From positions 19,591 to 83,590 of the IMG/VR virus record IMGVR_UViG_3300021185_001145: a DNA stretch of 64,000 nt. One strand, 5' to 3'. Each line of letters starts with the position of its first letter. The stretch's first letter is position 1. Shown piece after piece: positions 56,694 to 64,000 of this stretch. A program made the translations under genes and the position numbers. Source of the stretch: a virus. Below the pieces are notes generated by a model. It had not been told where the DNA came from. It saw only the letters and a list, made by a program, of their open reading frames with translations, and searched no databases.

Positions 56694-57357
56694 GGTTATA
56701 TTTTTCCTTGTATGAAGTAATCGCTTCAATCAAAGGTTTAACCCATGTGTCTCGTTTCTGTACAAAGACTTGTGGTTGACCGCCATTTTCTAGTGCAATT
56801 ACATTTACGACTTGCGAGACAGGAATACCTGTTCTCTCCTCAAACATGATTGCATAACCAGCCATCTGCATAAAGTAGTTATCAATCCATTCTTCTCGCT
56901 TAGGTTTGCTAGAAGTCTTAAAGTCAATTATAGATAGTTTGCCATCAAACTCTGCGATGCAGTCTACACGACCAGCAACACCTAAATGCTCTGACCATAG
57001 TGCTAGTTCCTGACAACGAACATTATCAATTCTTTCGTCTAAGATTGGTTTGATACTATTGAACATCTCAATCTCATTCGGCATACGTCTATTCAGATAC
57101 GGAAGATTATTAATGTAGTCTTCACACATATGATGAACAGATGTACCACGCCTTGCGGCTTGTGTAGAAATACGATTGGCTTCTTCTTCGCCAACACGTT
57201 CACGCCATTTCATAATAACGTCTTTCTTCAAGTCACCAAGGACAGTAGTCATTGAAGGAAAGATTGTACCTTCAGGTGATAGATAATATCGCTTACGAGA
57301 ATGCGATATTGATTTTAGATTTGGTAGGTTGTCTGGCAACCCAACATGATTAAACAT
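56626..57357 (-). CDS. PD-(D/E)xK exonuclease
   Basis: PSMTTVL, WRERVGEEEAN, RGTSVH, AGRVDCIAE...IIDFKTS, YFMQMAGYA. Confidence 0.92.
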   Translation of the reverse strand: MFNHVGLPDNLPNLKSISHSRKRYYLSPEGTIFPSMTTVLGDLKKDVIMKWRERVGEEEANRISTQAARRGTSVHHMCEDYINNLPYLNRRMPNEIEMFNSIKPILDERIDNVRCQELALWSEHLGVAGRVDCIAEFDGKLSIIDFKTSSKPKREEWIDNYFMQMAGYAIMFEERTGIPVSQVVNVIALENGGQPQVFVQKRDTWVKPLIEAITSYKEKYNHDQITESIRHKFDDVVPGYIAV

Positions 57358-57382
57358 AATTAACTCCTTAGTTTCAAGTCAC

Positions 57383-57411
57383 AGTATAGCAGGTTTAACT
57401 CGCCCAGTCAA
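57383..57411 (-). promoter_or_regulatory. sigma70-type promoter for exonuclease
   Basis: TTGACT-17 bp-TATACT with TG extension. Confidence 0.65.
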
Positions 57412-58123
57412 GTCCTAATTTGTTACGAGTGATAATATATTCTTTAACTAAATCGCTTCGAACAATATCATCTTCATCAAATTCGACAAACTCAAATGAA
57501 TCCATCCTTTTCAGAATACGCATAAACTCAGACAAACCGCTATGTTCTTTTTTGCGTTCACTAGTTAAGTCATCTTGTCTAGTATCGCCACAGAAAATAA
57601 TCTGACAGTTCTGACCAACACGGGTCATAATAGAATGCAGTTCCATACCCGACATGTTCTGACACTCATCTACAAGAACGATACAATTATCTAAAGTAAT
57701 ACCTCTAATAAATGATGTAGTAATAAACTCTACAACGTTCTTTGCTTTGAATGTTTCATATGCATCACCCCTACCAAAGACTTCGTTACAAATCGTATAG
57801 TATGGGGCTTCGTACACCCTAGATTTTTCTTTCTGATTTCCAGGTAAGAAACCCATATCTCTTGTCGGTACTACTGACCTAACGATATAGACTTTCTTCT
57901 TCTGGTCAACCTTATTAACGATTGCTTTCATTGCAAGATACAATGCTACAAATGTCTTACCTGTACCAGCAACACCATGCAACATCAAATTCATATCTTC
58001 ATCAAACGCATCAAACACATCTGCTTGAGTATCAGTCAATGGTTCTATTTTACCTATACCCAAGTTTGTCTTTTCATTTTGTTTTGAGTATTTGTCAGCA
58101 TTCTTATCTTTTCTTCTTGGCAT
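57395..58123 (-). CDS. phoH: PhoH-family ATPase
   Basis: GVAGTGKT, GFLPG, FIRGITL, DECQN, GDTRQ.D, DIVRS. Confidence 0.96.
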   Translation of the reverse strand: MPRRKDKNADKYSKQNEKTNLGIGKIEPLTDTQADVFDAFDEDMNLMLHGVAGTGKTFVALYLAMKAIVNKVDQKKKVYIVRSVVPTRDMGFLPGNQKEKSRVYEAPYYTICNEVFGRGDAYETFKAKNVVEFITTSFIRGITLDNCIVLVDECQNMSGMELHSIMTRVGQNCQIIFCGDTRQDDLTSERKKEHSGLSEFMRILKRMDSFEFVEFDEDDIVRSDLVKEYIITRNKLGLDWAS

Positions 58124-58150
58124 AAAAGAGGACTACCTTTTAGTTTATGA

Positions 58151-58390
58151 TTAATCAATAGTACCATAGTTGCCTTTGGGATGTATCTTCTTCATCTCTT
58201 TCATGTTATCTTTGTGCCAGTCAGGCACTTTTGCATTAAAGTTTTGAGTTCCATAGACAGTTGCTGGCGCTTTAGTTAAGAATTGTTGAAGATGAGGATT
58301 ATTCTTTTTGTAATCATCAAGTTCTGCAATCTTCATCGTTACTTCAAATTCTTCTTCAGTTTCGATATTTCTGAAATTATATGTAGGCAT
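58151..58390 (-). CDS. FmdB-like small protein (no Cys)
   Basis: MPTYNFRNIETEEEFEV; upstream of phoH as in marine T4-likes. Confidence 0.7.
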   Translation of the reverse strand: MPTYNFRNIETEEEFEVTMKIAELDDYKKNNPHLQQFLTKAPATVYGTQNFNAKVPDWHKDNMKEMKKIHPKGNYGTID

Positions 58391-58423
58391 AATCTAGTTT
58401 CCTTTTAATGTTCATACTTTTAT

Positions 58424-58972
58424 TTATGCGCTATACCAAGAAGGGATATCTCTTTTTGTCCACTTTGCAAAATGAGATTTTGCTTCAATATAATACTTAC
58501 GATATGAAGCAATACTGTCATTCTCAACAATACACTGAGGAAACTTTTTCATCGCTGGTGGCGGTTCACACATAGGACCATCAGGAATATTATTAGGTAC
58601 AAGATGCAACCAGTCTTTAAGTTTACGTTCAGTTTCATGCATACGACCATACCGCATCGTATACTCTTTGCACAACTCTTGCCAACAATGATACAACCAA
58701 AGATATGTCTGTTTATTCTCTCTCGCCCAAACAGTAGACGGATGATTGAGGTGAGCAACTTTATACATATGCTCTTCACGTTCATCTGACAATCGCCATC
58801 GCTTGATGTTGCGACCTGTCTTCTGAGATTTTTCTAAATACATTTCACCATCAAGATATCGGTGATTTGTAGAAAGCATCTGTGCATACTCAATAATCAT
58901 TTTAACAACATGCTTATCGCAATGCTGTTGCGCTGAGATTACGGGGTCTTGATGTAAGAAGAAAACATTCAT
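58424..58972 (-). CDS. Pyrimidine-dimer DNA glycosylase-like protein (DenV superfamily)
   Basis: MNVFFL, HCDKHVVKMIIEYAQMLST, HLNHPSTVW, EYTMRYGRMH, YRKYY. Confidence 0.8.
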   Translation of the reverse strand: MNVFFLHQDPVISAQQHCDKHVVKMIIEYAQMLSTNHRYLDGEMYLEKSQKTGRNIKRWRLSDEREEHMYKVAHLNHPSTVWARENKQTYLWLYHCWQELCKEYTMRYGRMHETERKLKDWLHLVPNNIPDGPMCEPPPAMKKFPQCIVENDSIASYRKYYIEAKSHFAKWTKRDIPSWYSA

Positions 58973-59205
58973 GCTATAAACCATCTATAAATTCCAAACG
59001 CATCTACAAACAGAAATACAAAGTTCTGTACGAACATGGGTTTGTCATTGTCTCTGAAAAACAAATATGCTAGTAGTGCGTGTCCTGCGAGAAACAGAAA
59101 AAACCCATACGGGCTGATACTAACATTTGCTGAAAGAAGAACTGCGGCTGTAATAAACAACCCAGTTCCTAACCACTTTAAATTTATCGCTTGAACATCA
59201 CTCAC
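58969..59205 (-). CDS. Small multi-TM membrane protein
   Basis: KWLGT, three hydrophobic segments, GIYRW. Confidence 0.65.
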   Translation of the reverse strand: MSDVQAINLKWLGTGLFITAAVLLSANVSISPYGFFLFLAGHALLAYLFFRDNDKPMFVQNFVFLFVDAFGIYRWFIA

Positions 59206-59537
59206 ATTAACTCCTTGAATCCAACCATATCAACTACATATTTTGTAGTACCAATCAACATCTGGTCACCCATTGATGTAGAACGAAGACCATACTCGAC
59301 ACCATCAACAACTTCAAGAGGTGCCATTACTGTAACGTCTTCTGAGTAATCGGGGTTAGTATGAAGTTTGCCTTCATGTTCAATCTCAGGACCCTTAGAC
59401 CAAGAACCCATGATGTTGTTTGTTTTGCGATAAGCATATTCAAGTGCTTCTTCTGCTACTGCAAAAGGTGTATCGACAAATGCGACAGTGCGAGGACTAT
59501 CTTCAAACGCTGTGTGAATTACTGCTACTTGTGTCAT
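59202..59537 (-). CDS. Hypothetical protein
   Basis: GAGG SD; TNNIMGSWS, LRSTSMGD. Confidence 0.7.
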   Translation of the reverse strand: MTQVAVIHTAFEDSPRTVAFVDTPFAVAEEALEYAYRKTNNIMGSWSKGPEIEHEGKLHTNPDYSEDVTVMAPLEVVDGVEYGLRSTSMGDQMLIGTTKYVVDMVGFKELM

Positions 59538-59540
59538 AAT

Positions 59541-59747
59541 TTATACCTCTTCATTCATTTTGATAAGACCGAACGCACCAACTGCAATCATAGTGATACC
59601 ACCAAGACTATACAATATCAGCGTACCTAAGGGCATTGCATTTTCCATACACTTACCATCACAATCACTACCTGCCGCACCCAACACTAGAAGGAAACCG
59701 ACAGCACACATTGCACCAAGAACAAACTTCACAATCATATTCAACAT
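59541..59747 (-). CDS. Small 2-TM protein with Cys pair
   Basis: GAAGSDCDGKC between two hydrophobic helices; first gene after early promoter. Confidence 0.65.
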   Translation of the reverse strand: MLNMIVKFVLGAMCAVGFLLVLGAAGSDCDGKCMENAMPLGTLILYSLGGITMIAVGAFGLIKMNEEV

Positions 59748-59780
59748 AATCTATCTCTCTTTTGATTAACTTACTTGTAT

Positions 59781-59809
59781 ACTATAGCAAATAGATAACC
59801 ACTTGTCAA
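59781..59809 (-). promoter_or_regulatory. sigma70-type early promoter
   Basis: TTGACA-17 bp-TATAGT with TG extension. Confidence 0.8.
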
Positions 59810-59819
59810 GGCTTTTCCC

Positions 59820-59860
59820 AAAAAAAATCCCCTCGTAAGTCATTGATTTACAAGGGGATT
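59820..59860 (-). terminator. Rho-independent terminator
   Basis: AATCCCCTTGTAAATC/GACTTACGAGGGGATT hairpin followed by T-run. Confidence 0.8.
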
Positions 59861-59886
59861 CCAAATTAGTTTAAATTAATTTGGTA

Positions 59887-60306
59887 TTAGAAGTTGAAAG
59901 ATGCACCAATTTTGACTTCAGTACGCTCTCCATTATCTACATCCCACTCAGTTTCAGCATAAAACTCAGTGTCTTCACGCAATGCCCATGTGGCACCTAG
60001 TTCGATGTTCGGGCGGCTACCTGAACTGAAAGCGTCAAGCATGATGATATCGTCACCAAACGAGTTACCAGCAGTGCTATCGAATGCTGTAATGGTTGTG
60101 CCGATGCTCATGGTCAGAGGACCGTCTACCATCGGTTGCCAATTGACTTCTGGGTTCAGTGTCAATGTAGTAGAACCTGCATCCAGAAGGTATTCTGCTT
60201 TTACTTCTGTGTCAAGTGACAGACCTGGGACTGGGAGGTCTGCGGCGATTGCGGGGGTAGTTGCCATTGCGGCAACGAAAGCGAATGCTCTTTTCATTGA
60301 TATCAT
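59887..60306 (-). CDS. Putative small outer-membrane beta-barrel protein
   Basis: Signal peptide ending AIA; alternating beta strands; C-terminal VKIGASFNF ending in Phe. Confidence 0.65.
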   Translation of the reverse strand: MISMKRAFAFVAAMATTPAIAADLPVPGLSLDTEVKAEYLLDAGSTTLTLNPEVNWQPMVDGPLTMSIGTTITAFDSTAGNSFGDDIIMLDAFSSGSRPNIELGATWALREDTEFYAETEWDVDNGERTEVKIGASFNF

Positions 60307-60401
60307 ATCCTTATTATTACTTTTTACTGTGACGTTGCATCACACCACATATGTATCAGGATATACTACTAAAGTCAACTACCCCACAGAAGATTGTAAA
60401 C

Positions 60402-60992
60402 TTATGTGTCTTCTTGGTCACGGTCGAAGATAACGCCTTCTATCATTCCAGTGACATTATCATCAAGAAGATTATAGAGTTCTTCCCAAGTAGGTTCAAA
60501 GTCATCAGGTTCTTCTGCACCCTCTTCATCTTCATCCCACCAGAGTTTGATACCTAAATCATTAAACTCATCGCTATCAATTGTCTCTTCATCATACAAT
60601 TCACCATCAGCAAAAACGCCTGATGCAACCCAATTAGGACATTCGTCTTCTGAAGAATACGATAGAATAACATTCGGGTCTGCTTCAGTAATCTCTTTTG
60701 CAATACGCTCAAGTAGGTCACTTGGAGTACCCCATGCACTTTCGAATGAAATGCTTTGCTCATCGTCATAGTCAAAGACGTAGCACCACTTTGTACCAAT
60801 CTCTTCTATCAACAGGCTCCACTCTTCAGCATCGTAGAGTGCTTTAGTATCTTCCCACATTGCAAAAGCAGGCACTTGATGTTCCCACTCTTTCTGCAAG
60901 TCAAGGTGACGTTTATTAATATTAGACATTGCCTTATGTGCGGCATCATTACCTTGAGCAATGTCAATACGAGTTGTTACATGATTTGCCAT
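60402..60992 (-). CDS. Acidic hypothetical protein, DUF1281/YubB-like
   Basis: MANHV, GTKW, FESAWGTP. Confidence 0.6.
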   Translation of the reverse strand: MANHVTTRIDIAQGNDAAHKAMSNINKRHLDLQKEWEHQVPAFAMWEDTKALYDAEEWSLLIEEIGTKWCYVFDYDDEQSISFESAWGTPSDLLERIAKEITEADPNVILSYSSEDECPNWVASGVFADGELYDEETIDSDEFNDLGIKLWWDEDEEGAEEPDDFEPTWEELYNLLDDNVTGMIEGVIFDRDQEDT

Positions 60993-61240
60993 TATACATC
61001 TTCCCCATCATATTCAATTTCAAAGTCTACTTCATAACCGCCCTTACGTTCGGTCCAGATATCATCTTCTCGGTCATAGTCTAAACCACTATTGATGAAG
61101 TCAAAGAACTTATCAGTCTCTTCAGCCATCTCTGCTTCGAATTGTTCAAGTGTCTCAAACTCAGCAATGATTAAATCATTGTCAATATCATATGTTAGAG
61201 TTGAGGTCATTTGATGATACTCAATTTGCTTTACAATCAT
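60992..61240 (-). CDS. Hypothetical protein
   Basis: AAGGA SD; TAATG coupling. Confidence 0.65.
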   Translation of the reverse strand: MIVKQIEYHQMTSTLTYDIDNDLIIAEFETLEQFEAEMAEETDKFFDFINSGLDYDREDDIWTERKGGYEVDFEIEYDGEDV

Positions 61241-61269
61241 TTCACTTTCCTTTTTCAGATTACCTACAT

Positions 61270-61298
61270 ATTATACAACAATCAGATATGATTGTCAA
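61270..61298 (-). promoter_or_regulatory. sigma70 consensus early promoter
   Basis: TTGACA-17 bp-TATAAT. Confidence 0.85.
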
Positions 61299-61305
61299 GG
61301 GAAAT

Positions 61306-61683
61306 TTAATCTTCTGCGTTGAATATCTCTTTACCTGACATGAGCAAATCCCACATCACATCAAAACAAGACGCATCAAGAACAGCGGCAAATGCAGGGT
61401 TGTCAATAGGTATACCTAGATAACCTTGAACAATATTTTCGACAGGACCTTCGCTGTCATCAATTACAACAGATTGAAATAGGTTATGCATCACTACATA
61501 CAAAGCCATCATCTTCTGATTAGGGGTGAGCAAACCCCAAAACTTTTTACACTCAGTATCAATGGCGCTCATCTGACTAATTAATTTCAGAACTTCTTCT
61601 TCTGCAATCATTTTGTCAACGCCATCCATGAATTCTTTTTCTTTATTGCTTTTGAACTTATTGAAATTAATAACATTACTCAT
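61306..61683 (-). CDS. Hypothetical protein
   Basis: MSNVINF start; ATGA overlap. Confidence 0.6.
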   Translation of the reverse strand: MSNVINFNKFKSNKEKEFMDGVDKMIAEEEVLKLISQMSAIDTECKKFWGLLTPNQKMMALYVVMHNLFQSVVIDDSEGPVENIVQGYLGIPIDNPAFAAVLDASCFDVMWDLLMSGKEIFNAED

Positions 61684-62057
61684 AGTATGTTTCCTAACAA
61701 TTTCGTATTCACGGCGACATCATATTCCCAATAAACATTATCAATGTCTAACTCTTGCTTTACATCTGACCACCAGATATATGAACCATCAATGAAGCAT
61801 AAACAATCAAGCCCATATTGAAATACTCTATGGTCAATCATATCGTTTGCAATCATATAGCGCAACCACATAGATGCACCATCACTAGACGCAAAGAGAG
61901 GCGAAACTGCTAGACCATTATCTTCAACAGACCAGAAGAACGCCTCACCACTTTCGAAATACGGACTAGTCGCCTGAATACTTTCAAGCACATATGTCTT
62001 TAATCCAGTAGGGATATGCAGTGTGTCTTCATTCTTTCGGGATGGCACTTTTGGCAT
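61680..62057 (-). CDS. Hypothetical protein
   Basis: GAGG SD; VSPLF motif resembles VSPIF of upstream ORF. Confidence 0.6.
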   Translation of the reverse strand: MPKVPSRKNEDTLHIPTGLKTYVLESIQATSPYFESGEAFFWSVEDNGLAVSPLFASSDGASMWLRYMIANDMIDHRVFQYGLDCLCFIDGSYIWWSDVKQELDIDNVYWEYDVAVNTKLLGNIL

Positions 62058-62274
62058 CCTCGTCTAACTTGCGACAGTTTTCGAACATCCAAAATTCTGC
62101 TTCATCACTTTCTTCAAAGATGGGTGAAACATCTATCTCTGTATCATTGTGAACCCAAACCCAACCATTACCTTCGTAGTTGTTTAGGTCATCAATAGAG
62201 ATTAGAATATAATTGCCTTCTCTCTTATGCATTGTTTTTATTATCCTTTTCCTCGCTTGCAGGAATACGTTCAT
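62029..62274 (-). CDS. Hypothetical protein (start uncertain)
   Basis: ORF track; WVW...VSPIF. Confidence 0.5.
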   Translation of the reverse strand: MNVFLQARKRIIKTMHKREGNYILISIDDLNNYEGNGWVWVHNDTEIDVSPIFEESDEAEFWMFENCRKLDEDAKSAIPKE

Positions 62275-62398
62275 TCACATGACCTCTTGAAAGGTCTCTA
62301 TGAGTATGTAGTTGTTTCGCATTCGCTTCTTCTTTTGCGAGTTCTTCACGATAACGTCTTAACATATATGCATAATAACCTTCACGCTGTTCGGTCAT
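62225..62398 (-). CDS. Hypothetical protein
   Basis: MTEQREGYYAYMLRRYREE; ATGA overlap. Confidence 0.5.
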   Translation of the reverse strand: MTEQREGYYAYMLRRYREELAKEEANAKQLHTHRDLSRGHVNERIPASEEKDNKNNA

Positions 62399-62568
62399 TT
62401 GCTTCCAATCCCAAGACAAGGCAAGTGAATTGCAGGTTTACAATAACGAGCATAGTCTTCAGTTCCGACCATTGCGAGTGTCATCAGAACAGGAACCGCA
62501 GTGAGCATCAGAACAATGATTAGCACAGCCCAACCGAGACCTTTCGTTGTGCAGTAATTCTCACTCAT
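62395..62568 (-). CDS. Small membrane protein
   Basis: MSENYCTTKGLGWAVLIIVLML...; start revised. Confidence 0.55.
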   Translation of the reverse strand: MSENYCTTKGLGWAVLIIVLMLTAVPVLMTLAMVGTEDYARYCKPAIHLPCLGIGSK

Positions 62569-63001
62569 GTTCGCCACCATATCCTCGTGAGTTGATACCA
62601 TTGTCACGGCGAAATGCTTGCGGGTTGCGCTTTGCAGTTTCGAATGTTGCGACAGTGATTGCAACCGCACCGAGCAACAATGTGTGTAGTACCATCGACA
62701 TCACACCTGCCCACATGCTACCCACGATGATAGCAAACACAATACACCACATCCATGCAAGCACCTGCATAATCATATGTCGTGTACTGAAATCAGGAAT
62801 GACTGATAGAGGGTTCTTCTCACTATCCATCACTACATTCCAACTATTATAAATCCATTCTCTCATTGATATTACCTTTCTAAACATTACCTTTGTAGGG
62901 TAGTGAGCATCAACACTATCTCTATAGTCAATAGCGTCATACAAGTCAGCAAATTCTTTCACTACCTTTGTTTCTTTGAACCATGCCGTTACTCTATACA
63001 T
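62561..63001 (-). CDS. Membrane protein; possible internal start at 62866
   Basis: NPLSVIPD..RHMIMQVLAWMWCIVF, two TM segments. Confidence 0.65.
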   Translation of the reverse strand: MYRVTAWFKETKVVKEFADLYDAIDYRDSVDAHYPTKVMFRKVISMREWIYNSWNVVMDSEKNPLSVIPDFSTRHMIMQVLAWMWCIVFAIIVGSMWAGVMSMVLHTLLLGAVAITVATFETAKRNPQAFRRDNGINSRGYGGEHE

Positions 63002-63233
63002 TTTTTATTTTCTTTTCATACGCAAGACACTTGGCAACAAAGTCTTCATTCACTTCTTGCACAGAAGCAGTATTCCAACGTTGGGCTTCGGCTATCGCAT
63101 CTTCTTCACGTTCAAACAATTGGATGCATCCTTCTGAGGACCATGACCTCGCAGTCCCTCTACTATTCGAATTGTACTCACGGAGATAATCCCACTCACT
63201 ATCATCTATCTGTAAGAATACTGCAAACATCAC
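62994..63233 (-). CDS. Hypothetical protein
   Basis: AAGGTGA SD; tight packing. Confidence 0.6.
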   Translation of the reverse strand: MMFAVFLQIDDSEWDYLREYNSNSRGTARSWSSEGCIQLFEREEDAIAEAQRWNTASVQEVNEDFVAKCLAYEKKIKNV

Positions 63234-63234
63234 T

Positions 63235-63468
63235 TCACCTTTCTATCAATCTATATGCACCCTCAGTAGAATGCAACGCTTCAAACAATTCCTTAAACAT
63301 ATGCGGAGGAATGCATATAAGATTAGTAAGTAAATCCTCACCATCATCTTGCTCTATATACACATAACCACTATCATTATCTATAGTAATAATAACATCA
63401 CTATTCTGACCAGTTTCATCTAAGAGAGTAGTAACAGACTTATCAAACTTAAACTCATTTGTAAACAA
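63235..63468 (-). CDS. Hypothetical protein
   Basis: MFTNEF..T.LDETG...VYIEQ...EGAY. Confidence 0.6.
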   Translation of the reverse strand: MFTNEFKFDKSVTTLLDETGQNSDVIITIDNDSGYVYIEQDDGEDLLTNLICIPPHMFKELFEALHSTEGAYRLIER

Positions 63469-63498
63469 TATAATGTTCCTTCAACATAACATTAAACA

Positions 63499-63675
63499 TC
63501 AGAACGTTCCTTGTAGATACCATATAATAAACGCACCAACAAAGATATAAGGAGCGAGTATCCAACCAAGACGTAGACACGAAACAATAACCATCACAGT
63601 AATACCAATAAGAAACCCAATGATAATAAGGGGTTGAATGATATCCCACATAGAGTACACAATACTAACTTCCAT
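63499..63675 (-). CDS. Small membrane protein (58 aa, not in ORF track)
   Basis: MEVSIVYSMWDIIQPLIIIGFLIGITVMVIVSCLRLGWILAPYIFVGAFIIWYLQGTF. Confidence 0.55.
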   Translation of the reverse strand: MEVSIVYSMWDIIQPLIIIGFLIGITVMVIVSCLRLGWILAPYIFVGAFIIWYLQGTF

Positions 63676-63832
63676 TAGAGTATACCTTATATGCTTGCAT
63701 TACACGCATTGTCTCATTCGTATAACCAGCAACACGCAACTCATGCTCTATAGTAGAGAGAAGAGAGGACATTGACCATCCATACCATTCTGCACGTTTC
63801 TGTAATACCTTATATGCTGTACTATATTTCAT
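63665..63832 (-). CDS. Hypothetical protein
   Basis: AAGGA SD before MKYSTAYK. Confidence 0.55.
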   Translation of the reverse strand: MKYSTAYKVLQKRAEWYGWSMSSLLSTIEHELRVAGYTNETMRVMQAYKVYSNGS

Positions 63833-63910
63833 AATGTAATCCTTTTTATTATTCATCACAGAGCGCCTTGGGGGACCGCTAAGCGGACACAGGCACCCAT
63901 TTCAAATATC

Positions 63911-63939
63911 AGTATATACTGGTCCTAAGGGAATGTCAA
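63911..63939 (-). promoter_or_regulatory. sigma70-type early promoter
   Basis: TTGACA-17 bp-TATACT. Confidence 0.75.
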
Positions 63940-64000
63940 GGGATTTATTTTCATCTGCGACAACTGCACGGTCCATCAACTCGACTGATGCCGCCCACTG

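Noticed and set aside
56626-57357. Exonuclease as Cas4
   Set aside because: Lacks the four-Cys Fe-S pattern; matches the ordinary phoH-linked exonuclease of T4-like phages
57395-58123. phoH (and thyX) as novel auxiliary genes
   Set aside because: Common in marine T4-like phages
63455-63649. 64-aa Tyr/Trp/Cys-rich ORF
   Set aside because: Alternate frame of the more plausible membrane protein 63499-63675

Overview
A 64-kb segment of a T4-like myophage genome with the gene order of marine Kyanoviridae-like T4 phages; it contains no photosynthesis genes. Positions 1-45.4 kb hold the virion morphogenesis module: gp23-22-21-67/68-20-19-18-17-16-15-14-13, two giant fibre/baseplate proteins, gp8-7-6-25-5.4-5, hub/gp53/gp48, then on the + strand gp4-2-54-26-51 and a tape measure with a GH19 domain. 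gp32/59/33, thyX and a SleB-type hydrolase follow. A + strand island at 48.9-55.0 kb, under a late promoter, encodes mostly secreted or membrane proteins: an Asn/Thr low-complexity protein, a Cys-repeat protein, an EF-hand 2-TM protein, a lipase, a coiled-coil membrane protein and a CHAP lipoprotein. Next come pseudoazurin, a complete circularly permuted two-piece tmRNA gene that the ORF track misses (tag ANDNYMPEMALAA), an exonuclease, phoH, and small early genes under sigma70-type promoters. The tmRNA form and pseudoazurin point to an alphaproteobacterial host (inference). Main highlights: the late-promoter two-piece tmRNA, an Arg/Trp peptide inserted in a baseplate-protein domain, the envelope island, two cupredoxins, and an antisense sigma70 promoter aimed into gp5. 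All calls rest on motif recognition and synteny; no database searches were run.
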